Source: Elusimicrobiota bacterium
Lineage (GTDB): Bacteria > Elusimicrobiota > Elusimicrobia > UBA1565 > UBA9628
Direction of reading: 5' to 3'
NCBI GenBank assembly: GCA_016182905.1
Contig: JACPFR010000005.1
Coordinates: 76,185-140,184 of the forward strand
Length of the DNA: 64,000 nt
Shown: positions 16,821 to 27,952 of the stretch, piece by piece
How the letters are laid out: each line of letters begins with the position of its first letter
Numbering within the stretch: the stretch's first letter is position 1
Position numbers and translations under genes: made by a program
Notes under the pieces: model-generated
Told to the model about the DNA's origin: nothing
Database searches by the model: none
Seen by the model: the letters and a program-made list of their open reading frames with translations, nothing else

Positions 16821-17900
16821 TTACCTCTCCTTGATTTTAGGAAAAACCAGCGAGGCGATCACGCCGCCCGCCAGGATCGTCAGCACGAGCAGAAGGATCC
16901 AGAGGTTGAAGTTGCCGCCGAGGACGGCCTTCAGCCAGGTGTGCGCCATCATCTTGATCCCGACCAGGAGCAACACGAGGGCCAGGGCGGTCTTCAGGTG
17001 ATGGAAGCTGTCGATCATGCCCTCGAGCGCGAAGTACAGGCTGCGCAGGCCGAGGATCGCGAAGACGTTGCTCGTGAAGACGAGGAACGGGTCGGTCGTG
17101 ATCGCGAATATGGCCGGGATCGAGTCCACCGCGAACACCAGGTCGGTGAACTCGACGACGATGAGCGCCAGCAGCAGCGGCGTCATCATCCACGTCCCGT
17201 GCTTCGCCCGGTCCACGGCGTGGTCGACCTGCTCGTCGGCTCCGGGGACGGGGGCCTCGTGGGAGGCCTTGGTGCCCGCCTTCACGAAGAAATGCTCCCC
17301 GTGGAAGCGGTCGGTGACGGGGAGGACCTTGCGCGCCCATCGGATGAACGCGCTGCCCGCCGGGTCGGCCTCGTCCTCCTTGATGAGCATCATCTTCAGC
17401 GCGGTCAGGATCAGGATCCCGCCGAACAGGTAGATGGTCCAGGAGAAGCGCGCGATCATCTGCGCGCCGACGGCGATCATGACGCCGCGCATGAGCAGGG
17501 CGCCGAGGATGCCCCAGAACAGCACGCGGTGGCGGTACAGCGCCGGGACCTTGATCATGCCGAACACCATCGCGATCACGAAGATGTTGTCCACCGAGAG
17601 CGACTTCTCGATGAGGTAGCCGGTCAGGAACTTCAGGGCCGCCGCGCGGCCGTCGTTCTGTCCGAGAGGGTTCGCCGCGGACACCGACATCAGGTCCGCG
17701 GTCAGCCCGATGCCGTTCCAGTGGCTTTCATAAAGGAAGTAGACCACGGCGGTGAAGGCCAGGCCCAGCGTGATCCACGCCGCGGACCACTTCAGGGCCT
17801 CCTTGGTCTTGACCACGTGGGCCTCGCGGTGGAACACCCCGAGGTCGAGGGCCAGAAGGGCGAGGACGAAGGCGATGAACGAGGACCAGATCCAGATCAT
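16821..17900 (-). CDS. terC: TerC family integral membrane protein
   Basis: C-terminal 359 aa of the 621-aa ORF. TerC-type TM repeats (LSVDNIFVIAMVF ... FAVDSIPAIFAITTDPFLVFTSNVFAILGLRSLYF). Start MIWIWSS preceded by AAGGAG RBS. The upstream 262 codons are a GC-frame artefact overlapping the leader. Confidence 0.85.
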   Translation of the reverse strand: MIWIWSSFIAFVLALLALDLGVFHREAHVVKTKEALKWSAAWITLGLAFTAVVYFLYESHWNGIGLTADLMSVSAANPLGQNDGRAAALKFLTGYLIEKSLSVDNIFVIAMVFGMIKVPALYRHRVLFWGILGALLMRGVMIAVGAQMIARFSWTIYLFGGILILTALKMMLIKEDEADPAGSAFIRWARKVLPVTDRFHGEHFFVKAGTKASHEAPVPGADEQVDHAVDRAKHGTWMMTPLLLALIVVEFTDLVFAVDSIPAIFAITTDPFLVFTSNVFAILGLRSLYFALEGMIDSFHHLKTALALVLLLVGIKMMAHTWLKAVLGGNFNLWILLLVLTILAGGVIASLVFPKIKER

Positions 17901-17933
17901 GCGGCGCTCCTTTGCGACGGCGCCGCGCGAGCA

Positions 17934-17968
17934 CATAAAAAAAGACCTCGCGCGTGCGCGCAAGGTCT
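17934..17968 (-). terminator. intrinsic terminator hairpin in the terC leader (candidate riboswitch expression platform)
   Basis: Minus strand AGACCTTGCGCGCACGCGCGAGGTCT followed by TTTTTTTAT, 30 nt before the terC RBS. Confidence 0.7.
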
Positions 17969-18051
17969 TGATCGGCCCTTTCGGGACCCGCTGGACCGGC
18001 TCTTTCGAGCGTATTGACGGCCCAGCAGCCGAGGATCTACTCCCCTTACTG
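17934..18051 (-). ncRNA. probable yybP-ykoY (Mn2+-sensing) riboswitch in the 5' leader of terC
   Basis: The leader contains AAGGGGAGTAG (a hallmark loop sequence of yybP-ykoY as far as I recall) and a GATCAAGACC block, and ends in a terminator hairpin. yybP-ykoY riboswitches are characteristically found upstream of TerC-family genes. Confidence 0.55.
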
Positions 18052-18057
18052 AAAACG

Positions 18058-18086
18058 AGTATAGCATAGGTGACTGATTTTGTCAA
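18058..18086 (-). promoter_or_regulatory. sigma70-type promoter driving the terC leader
   Basis: Minus strand TTGACA - 17 nt - TATACT (perfect -35, near-perfect -10) about 150 nt upstream of the terC ATG. Confidence 0.65.
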
Positions 18087-18104
18087 GTATGGTATCCTGT
18101 ACGC

Positions 18105-18761
18105 ATGAGAAAGCTGGTCGAGGGCATCGTCAGGTTCCGCCGCGAGATGCGGCCAGAGTACCGCGCGCAGTTCGCCCACCTGGCACTCGACCAGAAGCCC
18201 GACACTTTGTTCGTCGCCTGCTCCGACAGCCGCGTCGTGCCCAACACCTTCGCCTCGACCGACCCCGGCGACCTCTTCGTCCTGCGCAACCCGGGCAACA
18301 TCATCCCGAGCGAGGCGGCCTCGCGCGCGCCCGCCGCGGCGGGCGCGGCCGCGGCCGTGGAGTTCGCGGTGCGCCGCCTCGGCGTCACCGACGCGGTCGT
18401 GTGCGGGCATTCCGACTGCGGCGCGATGAAGGCGCTGTCCTCGGGCACGGAGGCGAGCGGCGGCCCGTTGGCGGCCTGGCTCGAATCGGCGGGGGACTCG
18501 CTGCGCGAGCTGGAGCGGCGCCCGGAGCTCTCGCCGGAACGCCCGCTCCACGACCGCCTGGCCCAGGCCCACGCGCTCGTCCAACTCGAGCACCTGAAGA
18601 CGCACGGGCCGGTGCGGGAGGCGCTGGCCGCCGGACGCCTGCGCCTGCACGCCTGGTGGTTCGACCTCGCCGGCGCCGACGTCCACGCCTGGGAGCCGGA
18701 ACTGGGCCGGTTCACGCTCATCGACGAGAAGGAGGCGGAGCGCATACTCGCCCGCTCATGA
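18105..18761 (+). CDS. beta-class carbonic anhydrase
   Basis: CSDSRV ... HSDCGAM zinc-ligand motifs typical of beta-CA (CynT/Can-like). Confidence 0.85.
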   Translation: MRKLVEGIVRFRREMRPEYRAQFAHLALDQKPDTLFVACSDSRVVPNTFASTDPGDLFVLRNPGNIIPSEAASRAPAAAGAAAAVEFAVRRLGVTDAVVCGHSDCGAMKALSSGTEASGGPLAAWLESAGDSLRELERRPELSPERPLHDRLAQAHALVQLEHLKTHGPVREALAAGRLRLHAWWFDLAGADVHAWEPELGRFTLIDEKEAERILARS

Positions 18762-19522
18762 GCGCGCTCACCGTCGTCGTCCCCGCGCACGACGCCGGCC
18801 CCTTCCTCCGGGAGGCGGTCGACAGCCTTCTGGCCGAGCGCCTGCCCGGCCTCGAGATCGTCGTCGTCGACGACGGCTCCACCGACGGAAGCCTCCGGTC
18901 CGTCGAGCGCCTTCCCATCCGGCTCGTGCGGCAGAAGAACAGGGGCGAGGCGGCGGCGCGCAACGCGGGCGTGCGGGTCGCGACGGCCCCGTTCGTGACC
19001 TTCCTCGACGCCGACGACGTCCTGGCCCCGGGGGCGCTCGCCTCCCGGCTCGAGTTCCTGTCGGCTCATCCGGAGGAATGCGCCGTCGGAGGCCTGCCCT
19101 CGCGCCTCATCGACGAGAGCGGCCGGACCGCGGCCGAGGTGTTCGCGCGGATGTCGGCGAAGCTCGTTTTCCCTTTCCGGTTGAACGACGCGTTCTATCG
19201 CGCCGGGAATTTCTTCCCCGTGTCCTGCTCCCTCTATCTCTACCGGCGCGAGGCGTTCGACCGCGTCGGCCCTTACGACGAGGCCTTGCCGGCCGCGCCC
19301 GACTGCGACTTCCATTTCCGGCTCCTGAAGTCCGTCGAGATCCCGGTCCTGCGGGTGCCGGTCTTCGACCGCCGCCTCCACGGGGGCAACCTGTCCTTGA
19401 CGGGCGCGGGGGCGAAGGCGCCGTCGTTCCGCCCCGAGATCCTCGACGCGGTGCGCCTGATCAACCGCCGCCACGGCTTCGACCCGAAGGAGATCTCCCC
19501 GTGGGAGAACGAGTATCTATGA
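18757..19522 (+). CDS. family 2 glycosyltransferase
   Basis: LTVVVPAHDAGPFLREAVDSLL ... VVVDDGSTDGS ... FLDADD (DxD) pattern of GT2. ATGA overlap with the upstream carbonic anhydrase stop. Confidence 0.8.
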
Positions 19523-20199
19523 ATGAAGGCGCGGTCCTGATCACCGGCGGGGGGAGCGGCATCGGCGCGGCCTGCGCCGCGGAGTTCCTGCGCCGCGGAC
19601 GCTCCGTCGCCGTCGTCGGCCGCACGGCGAGCCGCCTGAGGGCCGTGAAGGGCGCGCTGGCGCTGGCGGGAGACGTCGGCGACGAGGCCTTCGCGCGCCG
19701 CGCCTTCGCGGCGGCGCGCAGGCGCTTCGGCTCCGTGGACGTCCTCGTCAACAACGCGGCCTGGCTCGTCAAGAAGAGCCTCGTCGACACCACGGCCGCG
19801 GAGTGGGACGAGACCATGCGCACGAACCTGCGCGGGCCTTTCCTGTTCAGCCGCGAGTTCCTCCGCGCCGCGAGGCCCGGCCGGGCGATCGTCAACATCG
19901 GCTCGCTCGGCGGCGTCCAGGGGACCGCGAAGTTCCCCGGCCTCTCGGCCTACACGGTCAGCAAGTACGGGATCACGGGGCTGACCGCGGCGCTCGCCGT
20001 CGAGGCGCGGCCGCGGGGCGTCGCGGTGTTCTGCGTCGCCCCGGGCGCCGTGGACACGGCGATGCTCCGCAAGGCGGCGCCGGGCCTGAAGGCCGGGGCC
20101 CTTCCCCCGGACGTCGCCCGCGTCGTGGCGGACCTGGCCCTCTCCGACCGCCCCGACCTGCTGTCGGGCGCCGTGATCCCGCTGGACACCAACCGATGA
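19519..20199 (+). CDS. short-chain dehydrogenase/reductase (SDR family; sepiapterin-reductase-like candidate)
   Basis: TGGGSGIG Rossmann motif, NNAA, and the catalytic YxxxK (YTVSK). Start overlaps the GT2 stop. Confidence 0.8.
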   Translation: MNEGAVLITGGGSGIGAACAAEFLRRGRSVAVVGRTASRLRAVKGALALAGDVGDEAFARRAFAAARRRFGSVDVLVNNAAWLVKKSLVDTTAAEWDETMRTNLRGPFLFSREFLRAARPGRAIVNIGSLGGVQGTAKFPGLSAYTVSKYGITGLTAALAVEARPRGVAVFCVAPGAVDTAMLRKAAPGLKAGALPPDVARVVADLALSDRPDLLSGAVIPLDTNR

Positions 20200-20609
20200 G
20201 CGCCAAGGCCTTCGTCACCCGCCGCATGACCTTCTCCGCGGGCCACCGCCTGCACAACGACGCCCTGTCCGCCGAGGAGAACCGCCTCCTCTACGGCAAG
20301 TGCGACAACCCCAACGGCCACGGCCACAACTTCACCGTCGAGGTCACGGTCGCCGGCGAGATCGATCCCCGCAGCGGCATGGTGTTCAACCTCCGCGACC
20401 TGAAGAAGGTCATGGTCGAGGTCGTCGAGGACGGTCTCGACCACAAGAACCTCAACCTCGACGTCCCCGTGTTCAAGGGCGTGATCCCGACGGCGGAGAA
20501 CATCGCCGTCGTGATCTGGGACCTGCTCGCCGCGCGCCTGCCGAAGGGCGCCCTCCACGAGGTGAGGCTCGTCGAGACCGAGAACAACTTCGTCTCCTAC
20601 CGCGGCTAA
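20196..20609 (+). CDS. 6-pyruvoyl-tetrahydropterin synthase / QueD family protein
   Basis: 137 aa. CDNPNGHGHNF (C-x5-HGH) signature. Start overlaps the SDR stop (ATGA). Confidence 0.8.
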   Translation: MSAKAFVTRRMTFSAGHRLHNDALSAEENRLLYGKCDNPNGHGHNFTVEVTVAGEIDPRSGMVFNLRDLKKVMVEVVEDGLDHKNLNLDVPVFKGVIPTAENIAVVIWDLLAARLPKGALHEVRLVETENNFVSYRG

Positions 20610-22288
20610 AGCCGTCCGTGGCGCAGGATGGCCAGCAGGAGCCAGAACGCCATCACGGCCGACAGCAGGAAGCCGCCCAGGCCGAACACCGGGATGCCGC
20701 GCCAGTGCGGCGGGATGCCGGCGTGCACGAGCAGCGCCGAGCCGATGACGAGCGCGCCCAGCAGCAGGGCGTAGGCGAGGCGGTTGCTGGCCTGGTCGAG
20801 CCCGGTCAGGACCGGCTCGAGGCCCTTGTGCTCGAACTCGATGAGCAGGCGCCCGCGGCGGGCCTGGCGGATGAGCTCCCGCAGCTCGGAGGGCGCCGAG
20901 GCCAGCAGGTCCAAGGTCTCGCGTCCGGCGTCCGCGAGGCGCTCGGCGAAGCGGCCGGACGACGCGCGCTCCTCGTGCACGCGGCGCACGAACGGGGCGC
21001 AGGCCGTGATCGCGTCGAACCGGGGGTCCAGCCTCAGCGCGAGGCTCTCGAGCTCGGTCAGCGCCTTGACCATCAGGTAGAGCTCGGGCGGGATGCGCAC
21101 GCCGTGCCGGGCCGTGATCTGGAAGAGCTGCTCGAGCATCCGTCCCAGGCGCCACTCGGCGAGGGGACGGTAGGCGTACTGGTCCATCAGCTCGCCCATG
21201 TCGTCCACGAACAAGCGGGGGTCGGGCTCCTCGTCGTAGTCCGCGAGAGAGAGGAGGGCCCGGCCCAGCAGGGCCTCGTCGCGCTCCGTGACGGCGAAGA
21301 AGACGTCGGCCAGGCCCTCGCGCGTCGCGCGGTCGAGCCGGCCGGTCATGCCGAAGTCCACGTAGGCGACGACGTGGTCCGCCTGGACGAACAGGTTCCC
21401 CGGGTGCGGGTCGGCGTGGAAGAAGCCGTGGTCGAAGATCATCGCGAGGTACTGGCGGCCGAGGTTCTCGGCGACGATCCGGGGATCGAGGCCGGCGCGC
21501 TCGATCGCCGCGACGTCCCCGGCCTTGATCCCGCCGACGCGCTCCAAGGTCAGCACGCGCGAGGAGCTCAGGGCCCGGTGCGCCTCGGGGACGCGGACCG
21601 TGGGATCGTCCTCGAACTGGCGGGCGAAGCGCTCGGTGTGCGCGGCCTCGAGCGCGAAGTCCATCTCCCGGTCGAGGGAGCGGGAGATCTCGGAGATCAC
21701 GCGCGTCGGCTTGCGCCGGCTCCACTCGGGGGAGTGCTTCTCGGCCATGGCCGCGAGATGCGACATGATCTCGAGATCCACGGCGACGACGCGCCGGATG
21801 TCGGGCCGCTCGATCTTGACGACGACCTCGCGCCCGTCCGCCAGGCGGGCCGCGTGGATCTGCGCGATCGAGGCCGCCGCGAGCGGGCGGGCGTCGAAGC
21901 GCGTGAAGAGCTTGGAGACGGGCCGGCCGAGGTCCTCCTCGACGATGCGCCGCGCCTCCTCCTCGGGGAACGGCGGGACGCTGTCCTGGAGCTTGGACAG
22001 CTCGCGGAGATACTCGGCGGAGAACAGGTCGGCGCGCGTGGACAGGTACTGCCCGGCCTTGACGAAGGTCGGGCCGAGCTCCTGCAGGGCCAGGCGCACG
22101 CGCTCGGCGCGCGACGCCGTCTCCACCGGCGGACGGCTCATGAAGCCGCGCAGGCCGGCCTCGAGATGGGAATCGAGGCGCATCATGTGCAGCAGGTCGC
22201 CGAAGCCGTGCTTGGCGAGGACCGCGGCCACCTCACGATAGCGGTTCAGGTGGCGGTACGTCCGCCCCAGGACCTGCAGGCCGCCCAT
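20606..22288 (-). CDS. ubiB: ABC1/UbiB family atypical protein kinase
   Basis: Conserved ABC1 pattern (VKAGQYLSTRADLFSAEYLRELSKLQD ... VAVKIERPDI ... FFHADPHPGN) and C-terminal TM helices. Confidence 0.8.
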   Translation of the reverse strand: MGGLQVLGRTYRHLNRYREVAAVLAKHGFGDLLHMMRLDSHLEAGLRGFMSRPPVETASRAERVRLALQELGPTFVKAGQYLSTRADLFSAEYLRELSKLQDSVPPFPEEEARRIVEEDLGRPVSKLFTRFDARPLAAASIAQIHAARLADGREVVVKIERPDIRRVVAVDLEIMSHLAAMAEKHSPEWSRRKPTRVISEISRSLDREMDFALEAAHTERFARQFEDDPTVRVPEAHRALSSSRVLTLERVGGIKAGDVAAIERAGLDPRIVAENLGRQYLAMIFDHGFFHADPHPGNLFVQADHVVAYVDFGMTGRLDRATREGLADVFFAVTERDEALLGRALLSLADYDEEPDPRLFVDDMGELMDQYAYRPLAEWRLGRMLEQLFQITARHGVRIPPELYLMVKALTELESLALRLDPRFDAITACAPFVRRVHEERASSGRFAERLADAGRETLDLLASAPSELRELIRQARRGRLLIEFEHKGLEPVLTGLDQASNRLAYALLLGALVIGSALLVHAGIPPHWRGIPVFGLGGFLLSAVMAFWLLLAILRHGRL

Positions 22289-22301
22289 GGCTCCTCCCGC
22301 G

Positions 22302-22781
22302 CTATTCGACTTTGACGCTCCGGCCGGCGTGGACGCGGGACCGGGACAAGGTCACGCGCAGGATCCCGTTGCGGCACGCCGCTCTCGCCGTGGACGGCTT
22401 GACCTGGTCGGGCAGGCGCACCCGGCGCAGGAACTCGCCCCGCGGCAGCTCGCGCCGCCCCGCCCCGTGCGCGCGTCCCTCCTCGCGCCGGCGGCCGCTG
22501 ACGGTGAGCATGTCCTCGGTGACGCTGACCTTCATGTCGGCCTTGTCCACGCCGGGGAGGGCGAAGCAGACCGTGATCTCGTCGGCGCGCTCCTCCACGT
22601 CGGCTTCCGGGACCCAGAGCGCGAGCTGGGAGGGCGCCGCCTCGGCCAGCCGGGACATCAGCATGCGGCGCGCCGGGTACCAGCCCCCGGCCACGGCCTG
22701 CTCCACGCCTTCCAGGATGTCGTGCACCGGCTCCCAGCCGGAGCCGTCGGTCTCTCGCGGCGAGCGCTTGTTCGTGGTCAT
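22302..22781 (-). CDS. Hsp20/alpha-crystallin family small heat-shock protein
   Basis: ACD pattern (DVEERADEITVCFALPGVDKADMKVSVTEDMLTVSGRR ... GEFLRRVRLP ... NGILRVTL). Confidence 0.8.
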   Translation of the reverse strand: MTTNKRSPRETDGSGWEPVHDILEGVEQAVAGGWYPARRMLMSRLAEAAPSQLALWVPEADVEERADEITVCFALPGVDKADMKVSVTEDMLTVSGRRREEGRAHGAGRRELPRGEFLRRVRLPDQVKPSTARAACRNGILRVTLSRSRVHAGRSVKVE

Positions 22782-23716
22782 GGCGTCCTCCTGCTCCCTG
22801 ACGGCTTACGACGCAACGAAACGGCGCGGCCCCAGAACCGCAGGTCGTTGCGGCCCAGCTTCTTGACCGCGTACATCGCCCGGTCGGCCTTGGCGAGCAG
22901 TCGTTCCGGCGTGGTCCGGCCTTCGATCATGCAGCCCCCGATGCTGACCGAGGTCCGGACCCGGCGGCCGCGCAAGGTGAACGGCCGCCTCATGACGTGC
23001 AGGATCTTGCGGGCCACCCGGGCGGCGTCCTGCCGGCCCGAGACCGGGTCGAGGAGCAGGGCGAACTCGTCGCCCGCCCAGCGGGCCACGACGTCGGTCC
23101 GCCGGACGCAGCCGCGCAGGCGCGCCGCCACCGCCATCAGGAAGGCGTCGCCCGCGGCGTGGCCCCAGCGGTCGTTGACGTCCTTGAAGTAGTCGAGGTC
23201 GAGGAAGAGGACGCAGAGCTGGTCGCGGGAGGGGCGGCCGGCCAGCGCGCGCCGCAGTCGCTCGTTGAAGAGGCGGCGGTTGGGGAGGCCCGTCAGGGGG
23301 TCGTACTGGGCGAGATGCGTGAGGCGCTCCTCGTTGAGCTTCGGGCTCGTGATGTCGCGCGAGATGCCGATGTAGCAGCGCGTGTGGCCCCAGGCGTCGG
23401 TGATCGCGCTGATCGTGAGCCATTCGAGGTAGACCGCGCCGTTCTTGCGCCGGTTCCAGATCTCGCCCTGCCAGCAGCCGGCGCGGCGGATGTCGCTCCA
23501 CATCCGGCGGAAGAACGCGCGGTCGTGCTTGCCGGAGTGTAGGATGCGCGGATTCCGGCCGATCAGCTCCTCGCGCGGGTAGCCGGTGACGGAGCAGAAG
23601 GCGTCGTTGGCCGCCATGATCGAGCCGTGGGGGTCGGTGATGACGACGCCGTCGTGCATGGATTGGATGACCTGCCATGCCGTGATGGACAGCGCCGGCT
23701 CGCGCGACCTGGCCAT
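22778..23716 (-). CDS. PAS-GGDEF diguanylate cyclase
   Basis: PAS-like N-terminus followed by a GGDEF domain (RWGHAAGDAFL ... ARWAGDEFALLL). Start set at MARSREP; alternative starts up to 23860 are possible. Confidence 0.75.
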   Translation of the reverse strand: MARSREPALSITAWQVIQSMHDGVVITDPHGSIMAANDAFCSVTGYPREELIGRNPRILHSGKHDRAFFRRMWSDIRRAGCWQGEIWNRRKNGAVYLEWLTISAITDAWGHTRCYIGISRDITSPKLNEERLTHLAQYDPLTGLPNRRLFNERLRRALAGRPSRDQLCVLFLDLDYFKDVNDRWGHAAGDAFLMAVAARLRGCVRRTDVVARWAGDEFALLLDPVSGRQDAARVARKILHVMRRPFTLRGRRVRTSVSIGGCMIEGRTTPERLLAKADRAMYAVKKLGRNDLRFWGRAVSLRRKPSGSRRTP

Positions 23717-24113
23717 ATCGTCGGGTCGTGCAATGGACCGGCCAAGGGGGGGAAAAGCATGCCCGGGGAGCGGGCACGGTCGACGCGACGTACGCGTCCG
23801 AGCTCGCTGCTCCCGGGGGAGGTGACGGGTCATCCCGGCCTCCGCATAAGGGAGGTGCAATGGAACGGCCAGGGCGGGCCGAGTCGTAGCGTTGCACCAG
23901 GGTTTTCGACGCAGGAGGGTCTATGCCGCGGACCATCGAGTTCGGCCGGCGGCGGGACGAGTGCGCCGCATGACCGCCCCGCACGAGCCCGCCAAGGCGG
24001 TATCCCGCATCCTCGAGGCGCTGTCCCGCTTCGAGCCCGCTCCCCGTCCCGTCTCCCTGCTCCTCAAATAACGCGGTCGCCCACCCGGTGGAGCATTCGT
24101 TGCTGGCGAGGGA

Positions 24114-26652
<2,539 letters not shown>

Positions 26653-26678
<26 letters not shown>

Positions 26679-27693
26679 TGTCGTAGAAGCCGAAGGCGAG
26701 CGCGATCGCGAGCGGGCCGATGAACAGGCCGGCGATCCCGAAGGCCTTCAGCGCCCCGATCACCGCGACGAACACCAGCGGGATCGGGAGCTTCGTCTGG
26801 GCGCCGAGGAGGATGGGGCGCACGACGTTGTCCGACAGGCTCACGACGAGCACGAACCAGAGGGCGAGCGCCGCCGCCTTCGCCGCGGCCCCCTGGAGCG
26901 CCGTATAGGCCACGACCGGCACCCAGATCACCGCGGAGCCGACGAAGGGGATCGGCGAGAGCAGGACGCAGGCGGAGCCGAGGAGGAAGGCGAAAGGCAC
27001 CCCGAACAGCGCGAAGCCCGCCCAGGCGAGCGTTCCCTGGAGAAGGGCGACCGCGAATATGCCGTTGGCGACGGCGAGCAGGACGCCGCGGATCCGCGTC
27101 AGCAGCCGGGCCTTGTCCGCCTCCGGGAGCGGGATCAGCTCGCTGGCGCGGCGGACGACGTCCTCCCCGTCGCGCAGGAACAGGAACAGCGCCGCGGCGA
27201 ACACGGCGAAGTTGAGGAAGACGACCGCCGCGTTCTTGGCCAAGGCCCGCGCCGCGCCGCCCGCCCAGGCGCCGACCTGGTCGAGGTTCTCGAGCACGGC
27301 CTGACGCGGCTTGAGGTTCAGCGCCGCGGCCAGGTCGCGGCCCGTCGCGACGACGCCCGCGAGCCTCTGCGGCGGCTTCCAGCCGGCCCCGCCGTTCTCC
27401 GACAGCACGGCCAGCCGGTAGCGGGCCGCCGGATAGGCCTCCTCGGCCTCGCGCAGGAGGGCCCAGCCGCCGAAGAAGAACGGCACGGCCCCGGTCAGGC
27501 ACACCAGCGCCGTCAGCGCGGCGGCCGCCGCCCCGGGACGGCGCGGCGCGCGGCCCGCGCAGGACTTGTGCAGGGGGGCGAGGACGAGCGCGACCGAGGC
27601 GGCTGCGAGCAGCGCGCCGAGGAACGGGGCGAAGAGGCGCGCCGCGAGCAGGGCCAGCAGCAGGCCGGCGACGGCGAGGAAGCGGGTCTCCAT
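26653..27693 (-). CDS. AI-2E family transporter (PerM/UPF0118)
   Basis: 8-TM protein with a C-terminal conserved block (PIPFVGSAVIWVPV ... LVVSLSDNVVRPILLG ... HPLVFVAVIGALKAFGIAGLFIGP). Confidence 0.75.
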
Positions 27694-27733
27694 ACCGGGT
27701 GAGCCAGCAACGTTCCTGCCCGCCTCGCGCCGG

Positions 27734-27952
27734 TCATCGCGTATCCGCGGGGTCGCGGGGGGCCGTCCCGAGCCTGCGCAGGACGTCCTCCATCAGGCAC
27801 CAGCGCGTGAACGCGGACTGGAGGAGGTTCGCCCCGACGAAGGCGGTGAACCAGAGGAACCGCGCGTCGACCCAGTGGGCCAGCGCGAGGCTCGCGAGGA
27901 TGAAGCTCCCCGCGATGGCGCGTATCTGTCGTTCGATCGTCATCGGTCTTCC
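27734..27952 (-). CDS. DUF2892 (YgaP-like) small membrane protein
   Basis: 72 aa. IRAIAGSFILASLALAHW ... FVGANLLQSAFTRWC pattern typical of DUF2892. Overlaps the RND gene stop by 13 nt. Confidence 0.5.
   Translation of the reverse strand, partial: GRPMTIERQIRAIAGSFILASLALAHWVDARFLWFTAFVGANLLQSAFTRWCLMEDVLRRLGTAPRDPADTR

Noticed and set aside
16821-18686. Full 621-aa reading of the terC ORF
   Set aside because: Only the C-terminal 359 aa are TerC-like and start at an ATG with a good RBS. The N-terminal extension is R/G-rich and would run through the promoter, riboswitch and terminator.
19950-22315. 591-aa minus and 671-aa plus ORFs overlapping the SDR / PTPS / UbiB region
   Set aside because: Low-complexity R/P/G-rich translations. 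The in-frame genes (SDR, PTPS/QueD, UbiB) have recognisable motifs and a compact operon structure.
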